Shown one piece after another: positions 13,780 to 24,656 of a stretch of 64,000 nucleotides of DNA (its first letter is position 1; every line of letters begins with the position of its first letter). Made by a program: the position numbers and the translations under genes. Under the pieces are notes generated by a model, which ran no database searches, was not told where the DNA came from, and saw nothing but the letters and a program-made list of their open reading frames with translations. The DNA is from Acidobacteriota bacterium (lineage in GTDB: Bacteria; Acidobacteriota; Vicinamibacteria; Vicinamibacterales; UBA2999). The stretch is from positions 6,888-70,887 of the forward strand of contig SHUG01000004.1 in the NCBI GenBank assembly GCA_009694735.1, written 5' to 3'.

Positions 13780-16700
13780 ATGAGAAAAGCACTGTTTGCT
13801 GTTGTCGCACTTCTCTCACTCACCTTGTCTGCCCAGGAGCCCGCGCCAGACGCGGCCGGCCGCGGACAAGACCCATTCTCGGCGGCCACGTTCTCGGCGA
13901 TGCGCCTGCGCGCCGTTGGCCCCGCCCTGATGTCGGGCCGCGTCAGCGCGATCGCCGTTCATCCCGGCGACAAGCAGACCTGGTATGTCGGCGTGGCCTC
14001 GGGCGGCGTGTGGAAGACCGTCAACGCCGGCATCACCTGGACGCCGGTGTTCCAGAACGAGGGCGCGTACTCGGTGGGCGCGGTCGTGATCGACCAGAAG
14101 AACCCGGCCACCATCTGGGTCGGTAGCGGCGAAGCCAATAACCAGCGGAGTGTCGGCTACGGCGACGGCATTTATCGCAGCGACGATGGCGGGCGCACGT
14201 GGCGCAACCTTGGCCTGAAGACCTCCGAGCACATCGGCCGCATCGTGGTCGACCCACGCGACTCGAACGTGGTGTTTGCGGCCGCCTACGGCCCGCTGTG
14301 GACCGCTGGTGGCGACCGTGGTCTTTACAAGACGATCGATGGCGGCAAGAGCTGGACGAAGGTGCTCGAGATCAGCGAGCACACCGGCATCAGCGATGTC
14401 GCGATGGATCCTCACGACCCGGAGGTGCTGCTCGCGGTCGCGCATCAGCGCCGCCGGCACGCCTGGACGCTGATTCACGGCGGTCCCGAGAGCGGCCTGC
14501 ACAAGTCTACCGACGGCGGCAAGACCTGGCGGCGCGTCCGTGAAGGCATTCCCGGCGGCGACCTCGGCCGCATCGTGTTGTCGTTCTCGCCGGCGAAGCA
14601 GGGCCTGGTCTACGCCAAGGTCGAACCGGCGACCGGCTCAGTCGCGATCTTCGCGTCACTTGATTCCGGCGACAGCTGGGAGCGTCGCGGCAACGTGCAG
14701 GCGCAGCCGATGTATTACAAGAACATCCACGCCGACCCGAAGACTCCCGAGCGCCTCTACGTGCCCAGCGTGCAGACGCAGGTGTCGGATGACGGCGGGC
14801 GAACGTTCCGCAACCTCGGGGAGCGCTCGAAGCACGTCGACAATCACTTCGTGTGGATCGATCCGGACAACACCGACCACTTGCTCGAAGGCTGTGATGG
14901 CGGCCTGTATGAGACCTGGGATCGCGGCCGGCTGTGGCGCCACTTCACGAACTTGTCGGTGACCCAGTTCTACAACGTCGACGTCGACAACGCGTCGCCG
15001 ATCTACAACATCTTCGGTGGCACGCAAGACAACAGCACGCTGGGCGGGCCGTCGCGCTCGCGCGGCCCGCAGGGGCCGACCAACAACGACTGGTTCATCG
15101 TCACCGGCGGTGACGGCTTCGTCGCCCGCGTCGATCCCACCGATACCAACATCGTCTATGCCGAATCGCAGTACGGTGGCATCGTCCGCCTGGATCGCCG
15201 CACCAGCGAACGCGTAAACATCAAGCCGGTGGAAGGGAAGGGCGAGCCGCCGCTGCGCTTCAACTGGGAGTCGCCGTTCATCATGAGCCCGCACAATCCG
15301 TCGCGGCTGTATTTCGGTGCCAACCGGCTGTTCCGAAGCGATGATCGCGGCAACACCTGGCGGGCGATCAGCCCTGACCTGACCCGCCAGACCGATCGCA
15401 ACTTGCTGCCGGTGATGGGCAAGGTGTGGCCACCCGAGGCGATCGCGCAGCACCAGTCGACCGCGACCTGGGGCAACATCTCGGCGCTCGCCGAGTCGCG
15501 CAAACGCGACGGCCTGCTCTACGTCGGCACCGACGATGGCTTGATTCAGTTCAGCTATGACGCCGGCGCCACCTGGCGCAAGAGCGAGAACCCGCCCGGA
15601 TTGCCCGACTACAAGACCCACGGCGTCTACGTGCAGCGCATCTTCGCCTCGAAGAACGACGAGAGCGTCGTCTACGCCGTCTACGAGAACAGCAAGAACG
15701 GCGACTTCAAGCCGTACGTCTACAAGAGCGCAAACAAGGGCGCGACCTGGACCAGCATTGCCGGCGATCTGCCGGCGAGCGGGCCGGCGTTGTCGTTTGC
15801 CGAGGATCACGTGAATCCGAACCTGCTGTTCGTCGGCACCGAGTTCGGGTTGTTCTTCACCACCGACGGTGGCCAGAAGTGGATCCGGCTGCGCAACAAC
15901 CTGCCGACCATCGCGGTGCGCGACCTGGCGATCCAGGAGCGCGAGAACGATCTCGTGCTGGGGACGTTTGGCCGTGGCTTCTACGTCCTCGACGATTACT
16001 CGCCGCTGCGACAGGTCAACACGGCCGTGTTCCAGCGAGACGCCCACATCTTCGCGACCAAGCCGGCGATGCTGGCGGTTCCTGAAACGGGCCGCGCCCG
16101 TGGTTCGCAGGGTGAACAGCTCTGGATGGGCGAGAACCTGCCCGATGGCGCGGTGTTCACGTACTGGGTGCGCGACGCGCCTCGCACGGCGCGTCAACGC
16201 CGGCAGGACGCCGCACGGGCGGCCGAGGCCAAGAAAGAGACCCCGCCCTATCCCTCGCAGGCCGAGCTGACCGCCGAAGTGGATGAAGAGGCGCCGCAGA
16301 CGTTCCTGACGGTGGCCGACGCCTCGGGCAAGGTGGTGCGCCGGCTCACCGTGCCCGGCACCCGTGGCATCCACCGCTATGTGTGGAACCTCCGCGGCGT
16401 CCCGACGACAGCCGGCGGTGGTTTTGGCGGCGGTGGTGCTGGTGGCGGCGGTGGTGGTGGTGACGATGATGACAGCGATCCGCCGGTGGTCCCGGGAGGG
16501 ACCGGTGGCGGTGCGTTCGTGGCGCCGGGCACCTACAAGGCGACGCTGTCGCGCCGGGTTGGCGGTGCGTTGACGACGCTTGGCGCAGAGCAGGCGTTCA
16601 CGGTGGTCGCCGATCCTGCTGCGGCGATACCGCCCGCGGCACGCACGACGGCGATCGACTACCAGGACCGGGTCGCCAAATTGCAGCGCTCGTTCACCGG

Positions 16701-17100
16701 CGCACTCGAGCAGGGCAATAACCTGCGGACCCGCACCACGGCGATCCGCCGCGCGCTGGTGGACTCACCGGCCGATCTCAAGATGTTGGATGAGGCGGCG
16801 CGGTTCGATCAGCGTGTGCTGGCCGTGTTGCGCAAGCTGCGTGGCGACGAAACCCTGCGTGGCCTCGAGTCGGGCTCGCCGTCGGCCATTCAGCAGCGCG
16901 TGAACTCAGCGGTCGCCGGCGCTCGTGGCTTGACCGGCGTGCCGACGGGCACTCAACAGCTGAACTACAGCATTGCCGTGGATGAACTGGCGGCGGAAAT
17001 CACGAAGCTGCGGGCACTCGAGGCTGAGCTGAAGAAGTTCGAGCAGCAAATGGAAGCGGCGGGCGTGGCCTACACGCCCGGCCGCTGGCCAGGTCAGTAG
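13780..17100 (+). CDS. exported VPS10/BNR (Asp-box) repeat protein, glycosyl hydrolase-like
   Basis: GPALMSGRV, many S.DGG.TW Asp-boxes, GGTQDN, GGDG, C-terminal helical tail. Confidence 0.88.
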   Translation: MRKALFAVVALLSLTLSAQEPAPDAAGRGQDPFSAATFSAMRLRAVGPALMSGRVSAIAVHPGDKQTWYVGVASGGVWKTVNAGITWTPVFQNEGAYSVGAVVIDQKNPATIWVGSGEANNQRSVGYGDGIYRSDDGGRTWRNLGLKTSEHIGRIVVDPRDSNVVFAAAYGPLWTAGGDRGLYKTIDGGKSWTKVLEISEHTGISDVAMDPHDPEVLLAVAHQRRRHAWTLIHGGPESGLHKSTDGGKTWRRVREGIPGGDLGRIVLSFSPAKQGLVYAKVEPATGSVAIFASLDSGDSWERRGNVQAQPMYYKNIHADPKTPERLYVPSVQTQVSDDGGRTFRNLGERSKHVDNHFVWIDPDNTDHLLEGCDGGLYETWDRGRLWRHFTNLSVTQFYNVDVDNASPIYNIFGGTQDNSTLGGPSRSRGPQGPTNNDWFIVTGGDGFVARVDPTDTNIVYAESQYGGIVRLDRRTSERVNIKPVEGKGEPPLRFNWESPFIMSPHNPSRLYFGANRLFRSDDRGNTWRAISPDLTRQTDRNLLPVMGKVWPPEAIAQHQSTATWGNISALAESRKRDGLLYVGTDDGLIQFSYDAGATWRKSENPPGLPDYKTHGVYVQRIFASKNDESVVYAVYENSKNGDFKPYVYKSANKGATWTSIAGDLPASGPALSFAEDHVNPNLLFVGTEFGLFFTTDGGQKWIRLRNNLPTIAVRDLAIQERENDLVLGTFGRGFYVLDDYSPLRQVNTAVFQRDAHIFATKPAMLAVPETGRARGSQGEQLWMGENLPDGAVFTYWVRDAPRTARQRRQDAARAAEAKKETPPYPSQAELTAEVDEEAPQTFLTVADASGKVVRRLTVPGTRGIHRYVWNLRGVPTTAGGGFGGGGAGGGGGGGDDDDSDPPVVPGGTGGGAFVAPGTYKATLSRRVGGALTTLGAEQAFTVVADPAAAIPPAARTTAIDYQDRVAKLQRSFTGALEQGNNLRTRTTAIRRALVDSPADLKMLDEAARFDQRVLAVLRKLRGDETLRGLESGSPSAIQQRVNSAVAGARGLTGVPTGTQQLNYSIAVDELAAEITKLRALEAELKKFEQQMEAAGVAYTPGRWPGQ

Positions 17101-17104
17101 CGCG

Positions 17105-17905
17105 TTATTTGAACTCGACGCTGATAGTCGGTCCGTCGACCTTGATGCCCTTGATGTCCTTCAAGTAGGGCTTGATCGCCGACAGCGAGGCCTCGGGGCC
17201 GAGCTTGCTCTGCAGGGCCTTGAGCTTCGCTTCGTCGGCCAGCAGCGAGTCCATGTCCATTTCGAGCAGGGTCAGGCGCGAGCCGGTGACGTATTCGGCG
17301 TTGGTCGTCACGATCGAGCCGGCCACCTCGAGATCGATGTTGAGCTTGAAACCCGCGAACATGCTCTTGATCATGCCCATCATCATCGGGTTGGTGAGGT
17401 CGGGCATGTCGCTGGAGGTGCCGCCCTGGCTGCTGCCGCCCGGCTTGTCGACGAACGCGATCGTCAGCTTCGAGGTGCCGCCGGACTGCGTCAGCGTGAA
17501 CCGGACCGGATCCTCGGTGGTCGGCGCAGCGTCGACGCGGCCGTCGGTGCTGCCGCTCATGCTGGGACCCTGGCTGACCTGAATCTGGTTGATGTCGTCG
17601 AAGGCGAAGATGGCCTTCGAGCCCTCAAACCCGTTGGCGCCCTTGGTCGGTTCCGCCGACACCAGGCGCACGCCCTTGCCCATGCGGGCCGCGGTGCGTT
17701 CGAGGTCGGCCTTGTTCACCACGCCGCCGCCCATTTGCTTCTCGGCGCCCGGCATCATGGCCTTGAGCGCGGCCGTGTTCATCAGGGTAGTCTGCTCAAC
17801 GGTGCCGCTGCCGTCAGCTTTCAGCTTGATCAGCGTGGTGCTGTTGATGCAACCCGTCAACGCAACGGAAGTGACGACGGCGAGCAGAATACGAAGTGAG
17901 CGCAT
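17105..17905 (-). CDS. hypothetical lipoprotein
   Basis: Lipobox LTGC, GGAGG SD, DGSG motif. Confidence 0.75.
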   Translation of the reverse strand: MRSLRILLAVVTSVALTGCINSTTLIKLKADGSGTVEQTTLMNTAALKAMMPGAEKQMGGGVVNKADLERTAARMGKGVRLVSAEPTKGANGFEGSKAIFAFDDINQIQVSQGPSMSGSTDGRVDAAPTTEDPVRFTLTQSGGTSKLTIAFVDKPGGSSQGGTSSDMPDLTNPMMMGMIKSMFAGFKLNIDLEVAGSIVTTNAEYVTGSRLTLLEMDMDSLLADEAKLKALQSKLGPEASLSAIKPYLKDIKGIKVDGPTISVEFK

Positions 17906-17952
17906 ATGGGTTCCTCCGGCAGGGAAGCTCCATCATACCCCTCCGACTCCAT

Positions 17953-18028
17953 GTGGCGTCCGGCTTCAGCCGGACCGTACCGGCTTGAGGTGACACTTCG
18001 GTGAGCTCCGGCTAAAGCCGGAAGCTAC
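17953..18028. repeat. inverted REP pair (BIME/REPIN-like)
   Basis: gtggcgtccggcttcagccggac at 17953-17975 and tccggctaaagccggaagctac at 18007-18028. Confidence 0.85.
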
Positions 18029-18036
18029 ACTGTCGC

Positions 18037-18843
18037 ATGCGAGAAGGGGACGGCAAGACGGCGCTGGTCACGGGCGCGTCATCAGGTATCGGCAAGGCCT
18101 TCGCGGAGTTGCTGGCGGCCAAAGGCTATGGCCTGGTGCTGACGGCGCGCCGACGCGATCGGCTCGATGAGCTGGCTCGCCAGTTGACGGCGCAGCATGG
18201 CGTCGCCGCGCAGGTGATTGTCGCCGACCTGGCGGAACCGGACGCGTCGGCGCGAATCGCCGATGCGGTGCGCGCGCAGGGTCTCCACATCGACTTTCTC
18301 ATCAACAACGCCGGCTACGGCCAGCCGGGCAGCTATGTCAACGTCCCGTGGGCCGACCACCAGCGCTTCATCCAGATCATGATGACCGCGGTGTGCGACC
18401 TCACGTATCGCTTGTTGCCCTCGATGCTCGAACGCGGCTGGGGACGCGTGATCAACATCGCGTCGGTCGCCGGCATGGTGCCGGCCCCGGCCGGACATAC
18501 GCTCTATGGCGCCTCAAAGGCGTTCGTGATCCGATTTTCAGAAGCGCTGGCGGCAGAGAACGCCCCGAAGGGAGTGAACGTGACGGCGGTCTGTCCGGGT
18601 TTCACTTACAGCGAGTTTCACGATGTCACCGGCACGCGCCAGCAGATGAACAGCGTGCCAGCCATGATGTGGCTCAACGCCAACGACGTGGCGCGCGAAG
18701 GGTACAACGCGGTGATGCGTGGTGAGTCGGTGGTCGTCAACGGCCGCATCTACCGCTTGCTTCTCTGGCTGATCGGGGTGGTCCCGAAAGCCCTCGTCAA
18801 GGGCATCTCGCAAGCGGCTGGCCGCCGCTATCGACACGTCTGA
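18037..18843 (+). CDS. SDR family oxidoreductase
   Basis: TGASSGIG, NNAG, YGASK. Confidence 0.93.
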   Translation: MREGDGKTALVTGASSGIGKAFAELLAAKGYGLVLTARRRDRLDELARQLTAQHGVAAQVIVADLAEPDASARIADAVRAQGLHIDFLINNAGYGQPGSYVNVPWADHQRFIQIMMTAVCDLTYRLLPSMLERGWGRVINIASVAGMVPAPAGHTLYGASKAFVIRFSEALAAENAPKGVNVTAVCPGFTYSEFHDVTGTRQQMNSVPAMMWLNANDVAREGYNAVMRGESVVVNGRIYRLLLWLIGVVPKALVKGISQAAGRRYRHV

Positions 18844-18875
18844 ACTTCGGTCCACCGCCCTCGTCTAAAGGGGAC

Positions 18876-19838
18876 GTGGACACCCTGCTCAACGACATTT
18901 GCTACGCCTTGCGTTGGATGGCCCGGAGTCCCGGGTTCTCGGCCGTCGCCATTCTCTCGCTCGGCCTCGGGGTGGGGGTCAACACGGCGATGTTCTCGCT
19001 CGTCGACTCGCTGCTGTTTCGTCCCTTGCCCGTCACCGAGCCCAGTTCGCTGGTCGATGTGTTTACGACTGGTGGCGACGGCGACGAGTACGCCACCTCG
19101 TCGTACGCCGACTTTCAGGACATCAAGGCCCAGAACACCGTCTTTCCCGACATGATGGGCTACAGCCCGATGATGGCGCCGCTCAGCCTGGGCGATCGCT
19201 CCCGCATCGCGCTGGGTCAGGTGGTCACGTCGAACCACTTCACCATGCTCGGTGTGCAACCGTTCCTGGGACGATTGCTGGTACCGGCGGATGACGATGG
19301 GTCGGCGGCACGGGTGGTGGTGATTTCCCATCGCATGTGGAAGCGCGAGTTCGGCGCCGATCTCGCCATGGTGGGAAAGTCGCTCACGCTGCGAGGGCTC
19401 CCGCACACCATCACCGGCGTCGTGCCGCTGCTGGCCCCCGAGCTGTGGCTGCCCGTCACGCATGTCGAAGAAGTGGAGCCGGCCGGTATCACTGACTCGG
19501 TGCCCTCTCCGATCGGCAAGACCCGCCTCGAACGCCGGGGCATGCGCTGGATGTTCATCCGCGTGCGCCTGGCCATCGGCGCCAGGCCGGAGCGCGTGAT
19601 GGCCATGGTCATGCGGCAGGGCTTCGCGATTGTTGCGATCGGCCTGCTGGTCGGCGGACTACTCGCCGCGGCGGTCGCCTTCGCGCTGCAGGGCGTGTTG
19701 TACGGCGTGCGGCCGCTGGATCCGCTGGCGTGGGCCCTCGCGTTCGGGGCCATCGCCCTGGCCGCCGGGCTCGCGAACTTTGTCCCGGCGCGGCGCGCCA
19801 TGCGCATCGATCCGATGACGGCGCTGCGCACCGACTAA
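18876..19838 (+). pseudogene. internally deleted ADOP-type (acidobacterial duplicated orphan) ABC permease
   Basis: ADOP N-terminus (RSPGFSAVAILSLGLGVGVNTAMFS) joined in frame near 19560 to the extreme C-terminus (VRLAIGA...PARRAMRIDPMTALRTD); 320 aa versus roughly 800 aa for the family. Confidence 0.75.
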
Positions 19839-19867
19839 AAGCTATCGCACGACCCAGGCAAACTGCC

Positions 19868-20016
19868 CACAGCCGCAGATTTGACGCCGATTCACGGTTG
19901 GTCCCTCGACGTCGGCAGTCGGAGCCCGTCATGAAGGGCCGCCAACCAACCCGCTGGGGAGGCATCTGCACCCCATCGAAGGTTGAGACGGAATCTGGGT
20001 CAAATCTGCGGCTGTG
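19868..20016. repeat. MITE-like element with an 18-bp perfect terminal inverted repeat
   Basis: cacagccgcagatttgac at 19868-19885 and gtcaaatctgcggctgtg at 19999-20016. Confidence 0.75.
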
Positions 20017-20231
20017 AGTAAGTCCCTGGGCCCGTCTGCGGCCAAGAGACCGTCTGCCCGAGGTTGCCCGGGCCGTTCGGTGAACTGCAGTGTGATCAAC
20101 GGCCGCCGAATCAACGCAAGGATCTGAGCTGGCCGGCGTTAACGCCGGGCCGTCGATCGGCGCCGAGCGGATTCCGAACTCACGACCTCCTCGTCTCCTG
20201 CTAGAATTCGCTCTTTCTGAAGGAGTTCCGA

Positions 20232-21833
20232 ATGTCTCGAACGTTGCGCTCAATCCTTGCTGGTGTGGTCCTCGTTGCGGCCGCCGCATCTCTGTCTGCC
20301 CAGCAGATGACCCCGACACCGGCCCGCGCTGCGGGCGACGGTGAGGGTCCGTTCGATCGCATGGTGATCCGCGGGGTCACGGTGATCGACGGCACGGGGG
20401 CGCCGCCGCGCGGCCCCATGGATGTCGTGGTGCAGAACAACCGCATCACCGAGGTGTCGAGCATCGGCTTCCCCGGGGTCGCCATCAACGAACGCAACCG
20501 CCCGGCGAAGGGCGCCAAGGAAATCGACGGCACCGGCATGTACTTGATGCCGGGCTTCGTCGATGCCCACGTGCACTGCGGCGGCGGCCAAGCGCGCGAC
20601 GCCGAATACGTCTACAAGTCATGGATGATGCACGGCGTCACGACCGTGCGCGGCGTGCCGTGCGGGTCGATGGACTGGGATCTCAACCAGCGCGAACTGT
20701 CAGCGAAGAACCAGATTGTCGCGCCGCGCATCTTCTCGTACCATCGGCCGTTCAGCGGCGAAGGCTGGGACCGGGCGCGGCCGCAAACGCCCGAGAGCGC
20801 GCGCGAGTGGGTGCGCTTTGCCGCCAAGAAGGGCGTCGATGGCCTGAAGCTCGGTGCGCACGATCCCGAAATCATGGCGGCCCTGCTGGACGAGGCGAAG
20901 AAGTTCAACCTTGGCTCGACCGCGCACCTCGATCAGATGGGCGTCAGCCGCATGAACGCCCGCGACGCCCAGCGTCTGGGCCTGGGCACGCTCACGCATT
21001 ACTACGGCTTGTTCGAGTCGCTGCTCAAGGACTACACCGTGCAGCCGTTCCCGGTGAGCCAGAACTACAACGACGAGCAGCACCGCTTCGGCCAGGTGGC
21101 GCGCCTCTACGACAAGATTCACCCGCGCGGCAGCGAGCCGTGGAATGCGCTGATCAAGGAATGGGTCGACGCCAAGTTCACGATCGACCCGACCATGACC
21201 ATCTACTCGGCGGGCCGCGACGTGATGCGCATGCGCAATGCCGAGTGGCATGACAAGTACACCCTGCCGTCGCTCTGGGACTTCTACCAGCCCAATCGCA
21301 ACGCGCACGGCGCCTACTGGTTCTACTGGACCACCGAAGACGAAATCCAGTGGAAGCGTTTCTACCAGGTGTGGATGTCGTTCCTCAACGATTTCAAGAA
21401 CGCCGGCGGCCGCGTCACGACCGGCTCCGACTCCGGCTTCATCTATCAGACCTACGGGTTTGGCTACATCCTCGAGTTCGAGATGCTGCAGGAGGCCGGG
21501 TTCCACCCGCTTGAAGTCATTCGCTCGGCGACCATGAACGGCGCCGCGACGCTGTCCGAGCCAAAGGGCAAGCCCGCGGACTTCGGCATCATTCGTCCGG
21601 GCCTGCTGGCCGACATGGTGCTGGTGGACCAGAACCCGCTCGAGAATTTCAAGGTGCTGTATGCGACCGGTGCGGTGAAGCTGAACGACCAGACCGGCCG
21701 CGTCGATCGCGTCGGCGGCGTCAAGTACACCATCAAAGACGGCATCGTCTACGACGCCAGGAAGCTCGCCGCCGACGTCGCCGCAATTGTCCAGAACGCC
21801 AAGAGCAAGCCGGCCACGACGGCCCGAGAGTAG
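20232..21833 (+). CDS. exported amidohydrolase family protein
   Basis: Signal peptide, MPGFVDAHVH, TGSDSG, ADMVLV; AAGGAG SD. Confidence 0.9.
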   Translation: MSRTLRSILAGVVLVAAAASLSAQQMTPTPARAAGDGEGPFDRMVIRGVTVIDGTGAPPRGPMDVVVQNNRITEVSSIGFPGVAINERNRPAKGAKEIDGTGMYLMPGFVDAHVHCGGGQARDAEYVYKSWMMHGVTTVRGVPCGSMDWDLNQRELSAKNQIVAPRIFSYHRPFSGEGWDRARPQTPESAREWVRFAAKKGVDGLKLGAHDPEIMAALLDEAKKFNLGSTAHLDQMGVSRMNARDAQRLGLGTLTHYYGLFESLLKDYTVQPFPVSQNYNDEQHRFGQVARLYDKIHPRGSEPWNALIKEWVDAKFTIDPTMTIYSAGRDVMRMRNAEWHDKYTLPSLWDFYQPNRNAHGAYWFYWTTEDEIQWKRFYQVWMSFLNDFKNAGGRVTTGSDSGFIYQTYGFGYILEFEMLQEAGFHPLEVIRSATMNGAATLSEPKGKPADFGIIRPGLLADMVLVDQNPLENFKVLYATGAVKLNDQTGRVDRVGGVKYTIKDGIVYDARKLAADVAAIVQNAKSKPATTARE

Positions 21834-21857
21834 ATCCGGGATCCGGGATCCGGGATC
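21833..21857 (+). repeat. GATCCGG heptamer tandem array
   Basis: (gatccgg)3gatc, the same unit as at 4762. Confidence 0.8.
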
Positions 21858-21866
21858 AGCGAGACG

Positions 21867-22841
21867 ATGAAAACACTGTTGAAGATTGTGGGCGTGCTGG
21901 TGGCGCTGGTGGTGATGGCCGCCGGCGCCGGCTTCGGCTACTTGATGCTGGCGTTTCCCAAGGTGCCGCCGCCCGCAGTGGTGACCTTGGAGCCGACGCC
22001 GGAACGGCTGGCGCGCGGCCAGTACTTGAACGATCACGTGGTGGGTTGTAGCACCTGTCACACCCAGCGGGACTGGACTCGATTCTCAGGGCCGATCAAG
22101 AAAGAACTTGAGGGGGCGGGTGGTGAGCCGTTCAGCCTCGGCGGCGCGGGGATGCTCTATTCCAAGAACATCACGCCGGCGGCGATCGGATCGTGGACGG
22201 ATGGGGAATTACAGCGCGCGGTGACGGCCGGCGTCTCGCAGGATGGGACGCCGCTCTTTCCCCTGATGCCGTACCCGCACTTCGGGGAGATGGCGGCCGA
22301 CGACATGCACGCGGTCTTGAGCTACGTGCGATCGCTGCGCGCGATCGAGAGCCAGGTGCCGGCGCGGCACCTGAACTTCCCCATGAACCTGATCGTCCGG
22401 ACCATTCCCGCCGCCGGCGCGCCGCAACCGCGGCCGTCGGCTCAGAACAAGGTGGCGTACGGCAAGTACATGACCAGCGCCGCCCTGTGCGACGATTGCC
22501 ACACGCCGATTGACGATCGCGGTCAGCCGCTGCCGGGTCAGACCTTCGCCGGGGGCATGGAGTTCCTGGAAACGGGTTATCGCGTCCGTTCGGCCAACAT
22601 CACGCCCGCCGCCGACACCGGCATCGGCTCGTCGACCGAGCCGCAGTTCGTCGACAAGTTCAAGGCCTTCGAGACGCCGTCGGATGCCGTGCTGAGCGAG
22701 AATGAACGGCGCCAGAACACCGTGATGCCCATGACCGCCTACGCCGGCATGACGCGCGAAGACCTCGCCGCCATCTACGCCTACCTGCGCACGCTGACGC
22801 CGGTAGTGAACCGCGTCACCCGCTTCCCGGATGCGAAGTAG
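21867..22841 (+). CDS. membrane-anchored di-heme cytochrome c
   Basis: CSTCH and CDDCH, duplicated NITP...GIG/IGSW and MP motifs. Confidence 0.9.
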   Translation: MKTLLKIVGVLVALVVMAAGAGFGYLMLAFPKVPPPAVVTLEPTPERLARGQYLNDHVVGCSTCHTQRDWTRFSGPIKKELEGAGGEPFSLGGAGMLYSKNITPAAIGSWTDGELQRAVTAGVSQDGTPLFPLMPYPHFGEMAADDMHAVLSYVRSLRAIESQVPARHLNFPMNLIVRTIPAAGAPQPRPSAQNKVAYGKYMTSAALCDDCHTPIDDRGQPLPGQTFAGGMEFLETGYRVRSANITPAADTGIGSSTEPQFVDKFKAFETPSDAVLSENERRQNTVMPMTAYAGMTREDLAAIYAYLRTLTPVVNRVTRFPDAK

Positions 22842-22852
22842 AGTACGAGTCG

Positions 22853-23761
22853 ATGTTTGACTACCTGACCGGCATCTACAACATTACGCCGACGCCGTTT
22901 CTGCCCGACGGCGCGCTGGACGAAGCAAGCCTGCGGCGATTGACCGAGTTCACGCGCGGCACCGGCGTCAACGGCATGACCATTCTCGGCGTGCTCGGCG
23001 AGTCCGACAAGCTCACCGAAAGCGAGCGCGATCGCGTGACGGCGATCGTGATCGAGACGGCCGGCGCAGACTTTCCGATTTGCGTGGGAACGACCCATGC
23101 CGGCACCGACGGCTGCATTTTCTACAGCCGCCGCGCCCAGGAGCTGGGCGCCAAGGCGGTGATGGTGGCGCCACCGAAGCTGGCGCGCACCAACGACGCG
23201 GCGCTCGAGCGTCACTACCTGGCGGTGGCCGAGGCCGTCGATATTCCGGTAGTCGTCCAGGACTTCCCACCCGCGGTGGGTGGCATCACCATGAGCGTCG
23301 AGCTGATCGCGAAGCTGGGCGCCGCGACGCCACGGCTGTCGTTTCTCAAGCTCGAAGACGAGCCGGCTCCCATGAAGGTCACCCAGATTCGCGCGGCGTC
23401 GAAGGACGTCAAAATTTTCGGCGGCCTGGGCGGCATGATGTTTCTCGAAGAACTGCGGCACGGGGCCATCGGCACCATGACCGGCTTCGCGTTTCCGGAG
23501 ATCCTGGTCGACATCTACACGCGGTTCACTGCCGGTGACCTCGATGGCGCGACCGAAGTGTTTTACCAGTTCCTGCCGATCATCCGGTTCGAGAACCAGC
23601 CGCGCATCAACCTCGCACTGCGGAAACACATCTACCAGTTGCGCGGCGTGATCACGCACTCCCGTGCGCGCGCACCGTTCACGGCCGTCGATGCGGACAC
23701 CCTGACAGATCTTGACGATATCCTTGCGCGACTCGACCTCTTGGCTCTCCACGGAAATTAG
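22853..23761 (+). CDS. dihydrodipicolinate synthase/aldolase family protein
   Basis: TPF, GVLGE, Schiff-base Lys in LKLED. Confidence 0.88.
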   Translation: MFDYLTGIYNITPTPFLPDGALDEASLRRLTEFTRGTGVNGMTILGVLGESDKLTESERDRVTAIVIETAGADFPICVGTTHAGTDGCIFYSRRAQELGAKAVMVAPPKLARTNDAALERHYLAVAEAVDIPVVVQDFPPAVGGITMSVELIAKLGAATPRLSFLKLEDEPAPMKVTQIRAASKDVKIFGGLGGMMFLEELRHGAIGTMTGFAFPEILVDIYTRFTAGDLDGATEVFYQFLPIIRFENQPRINLALRKHIYQLRGVITHSRARAPFTAVDADTLTDLDDILARLDLLALHGN

Positions 23762-23824
23762 CCGCGGAGGACTCAGAGGACGCAGAGTCTTTTTCAAAAT
23801 ACAAGAACCAAAAGAGGCAGGCAC

Positions 23825-24613
23825 ATGGAGTTCGGACTGAAGGGCAAGCGCGCGATTGTGATGGCCGCGAGCCGTGGCCTCGGCTACGCCTCGGCATTAG
23901 GGCTCGCGCGGGAAGGCTGCCACCTGGTGATTTGCAGCCGCGATCGGGCGCGCATTGAAGCGGCGGCGGACACCATTCGCAAGGAGACCGGCGCCAAGGT
24001 GAAGGCCCTGGTGGCTGACGTCAGCAGCGGCAGCGAGGCGAAGCGGCTGGTGGACACGGCCGTCGCCGAGTACGGTGGCCTCGAGATCGTGGTGCACAAC
24101 GCGGGTGGTCCGCCGGCCGGCGAAACGCTGGCCATGACCGACGAGCAATGGCAGAAGGCGTTCGAGCAGAACTTGCTCAGCTTCACGCGCATCGTCCAGG
24201 CGGCGGCGCCCGAAATGAAGAAGGCAGGCTACGGCCGCGTCCTGACCATCGCGTCCTCGTCGATCAAGCAACCCATTCCCAACCTCGCCCTGTCGAACGC
24301 ACTCAGGGCCGGCGTCTGGGGCATTGCCAAGACCCTGTCGCGGGAACTGGCGTCGCAAGGCATTCTCGTCAACGTTATTGCCCCCGGGCGTATCGATACC
24401 GAGCGCATTGCCGAGTTGGATCAGGCCAACGCGCAGAAGAGCGGTAAGGCGCTGGACGAGGTGCGCAAGGCGTCGGTGGCCAGCATTCCACTCGGCCGGC
24501 TCGGCCGTCCTGAAGAACTCGCCAACCTCGTCGTGTTCCTGGCCTCGCAAGCTGGCAGCTACATCACTGGCCAGGCCATCACCGTTGATGGCGCCGCGGG
24601 AAATGCGCTTTAA
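23825..24613 (+). CDS. SDR family oxidoreductase
   Basis: AASRGLG, NAGGPP, SNALR, IPLGRLG. Confidence 0.92.
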   Translation: MEFGLKGKRAIVMAASRGLGYASALGLAREGCHLVICSRDRARIEAAADTIRKETGAKVKALVADVSSGSEAKRLVDTAVAEYGGLEIVVHNAGGPPAGETLAMTDEQWQKAFEQNLLSFTRIVQAAAPEMKKAGYGRVLTIASSSIKQPIPNLALSNALRAGVWGIAKTLSRELASQGILVNVIAPGRIDTERIAELDQANAQKSGKALDEVRKASVASIPLGRLGRPEELANLVVFLASQAGSYITGQAITVDGAAGNAL

Positions 24614-24616
24614 CCA

Positions 24617-24640
24617 GGAGGGCGGCACTTCAGTGCCGCC
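24617..24640 (+). repeat. REP variant with GGAG foot
   Basis: ggag-ggcggcact-tc-agtgccgcc, same CT-TC-AG loop. Confidence 0.65.
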
Positions 24641-24656
24641 GAAGTAAAGTGAGAGG

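Noticed and set aside
16410-16480. GGY-rich tract in the VPS10 gene
   Set aside because: Encodes an ordinary Gly/Asp low-complexity linker
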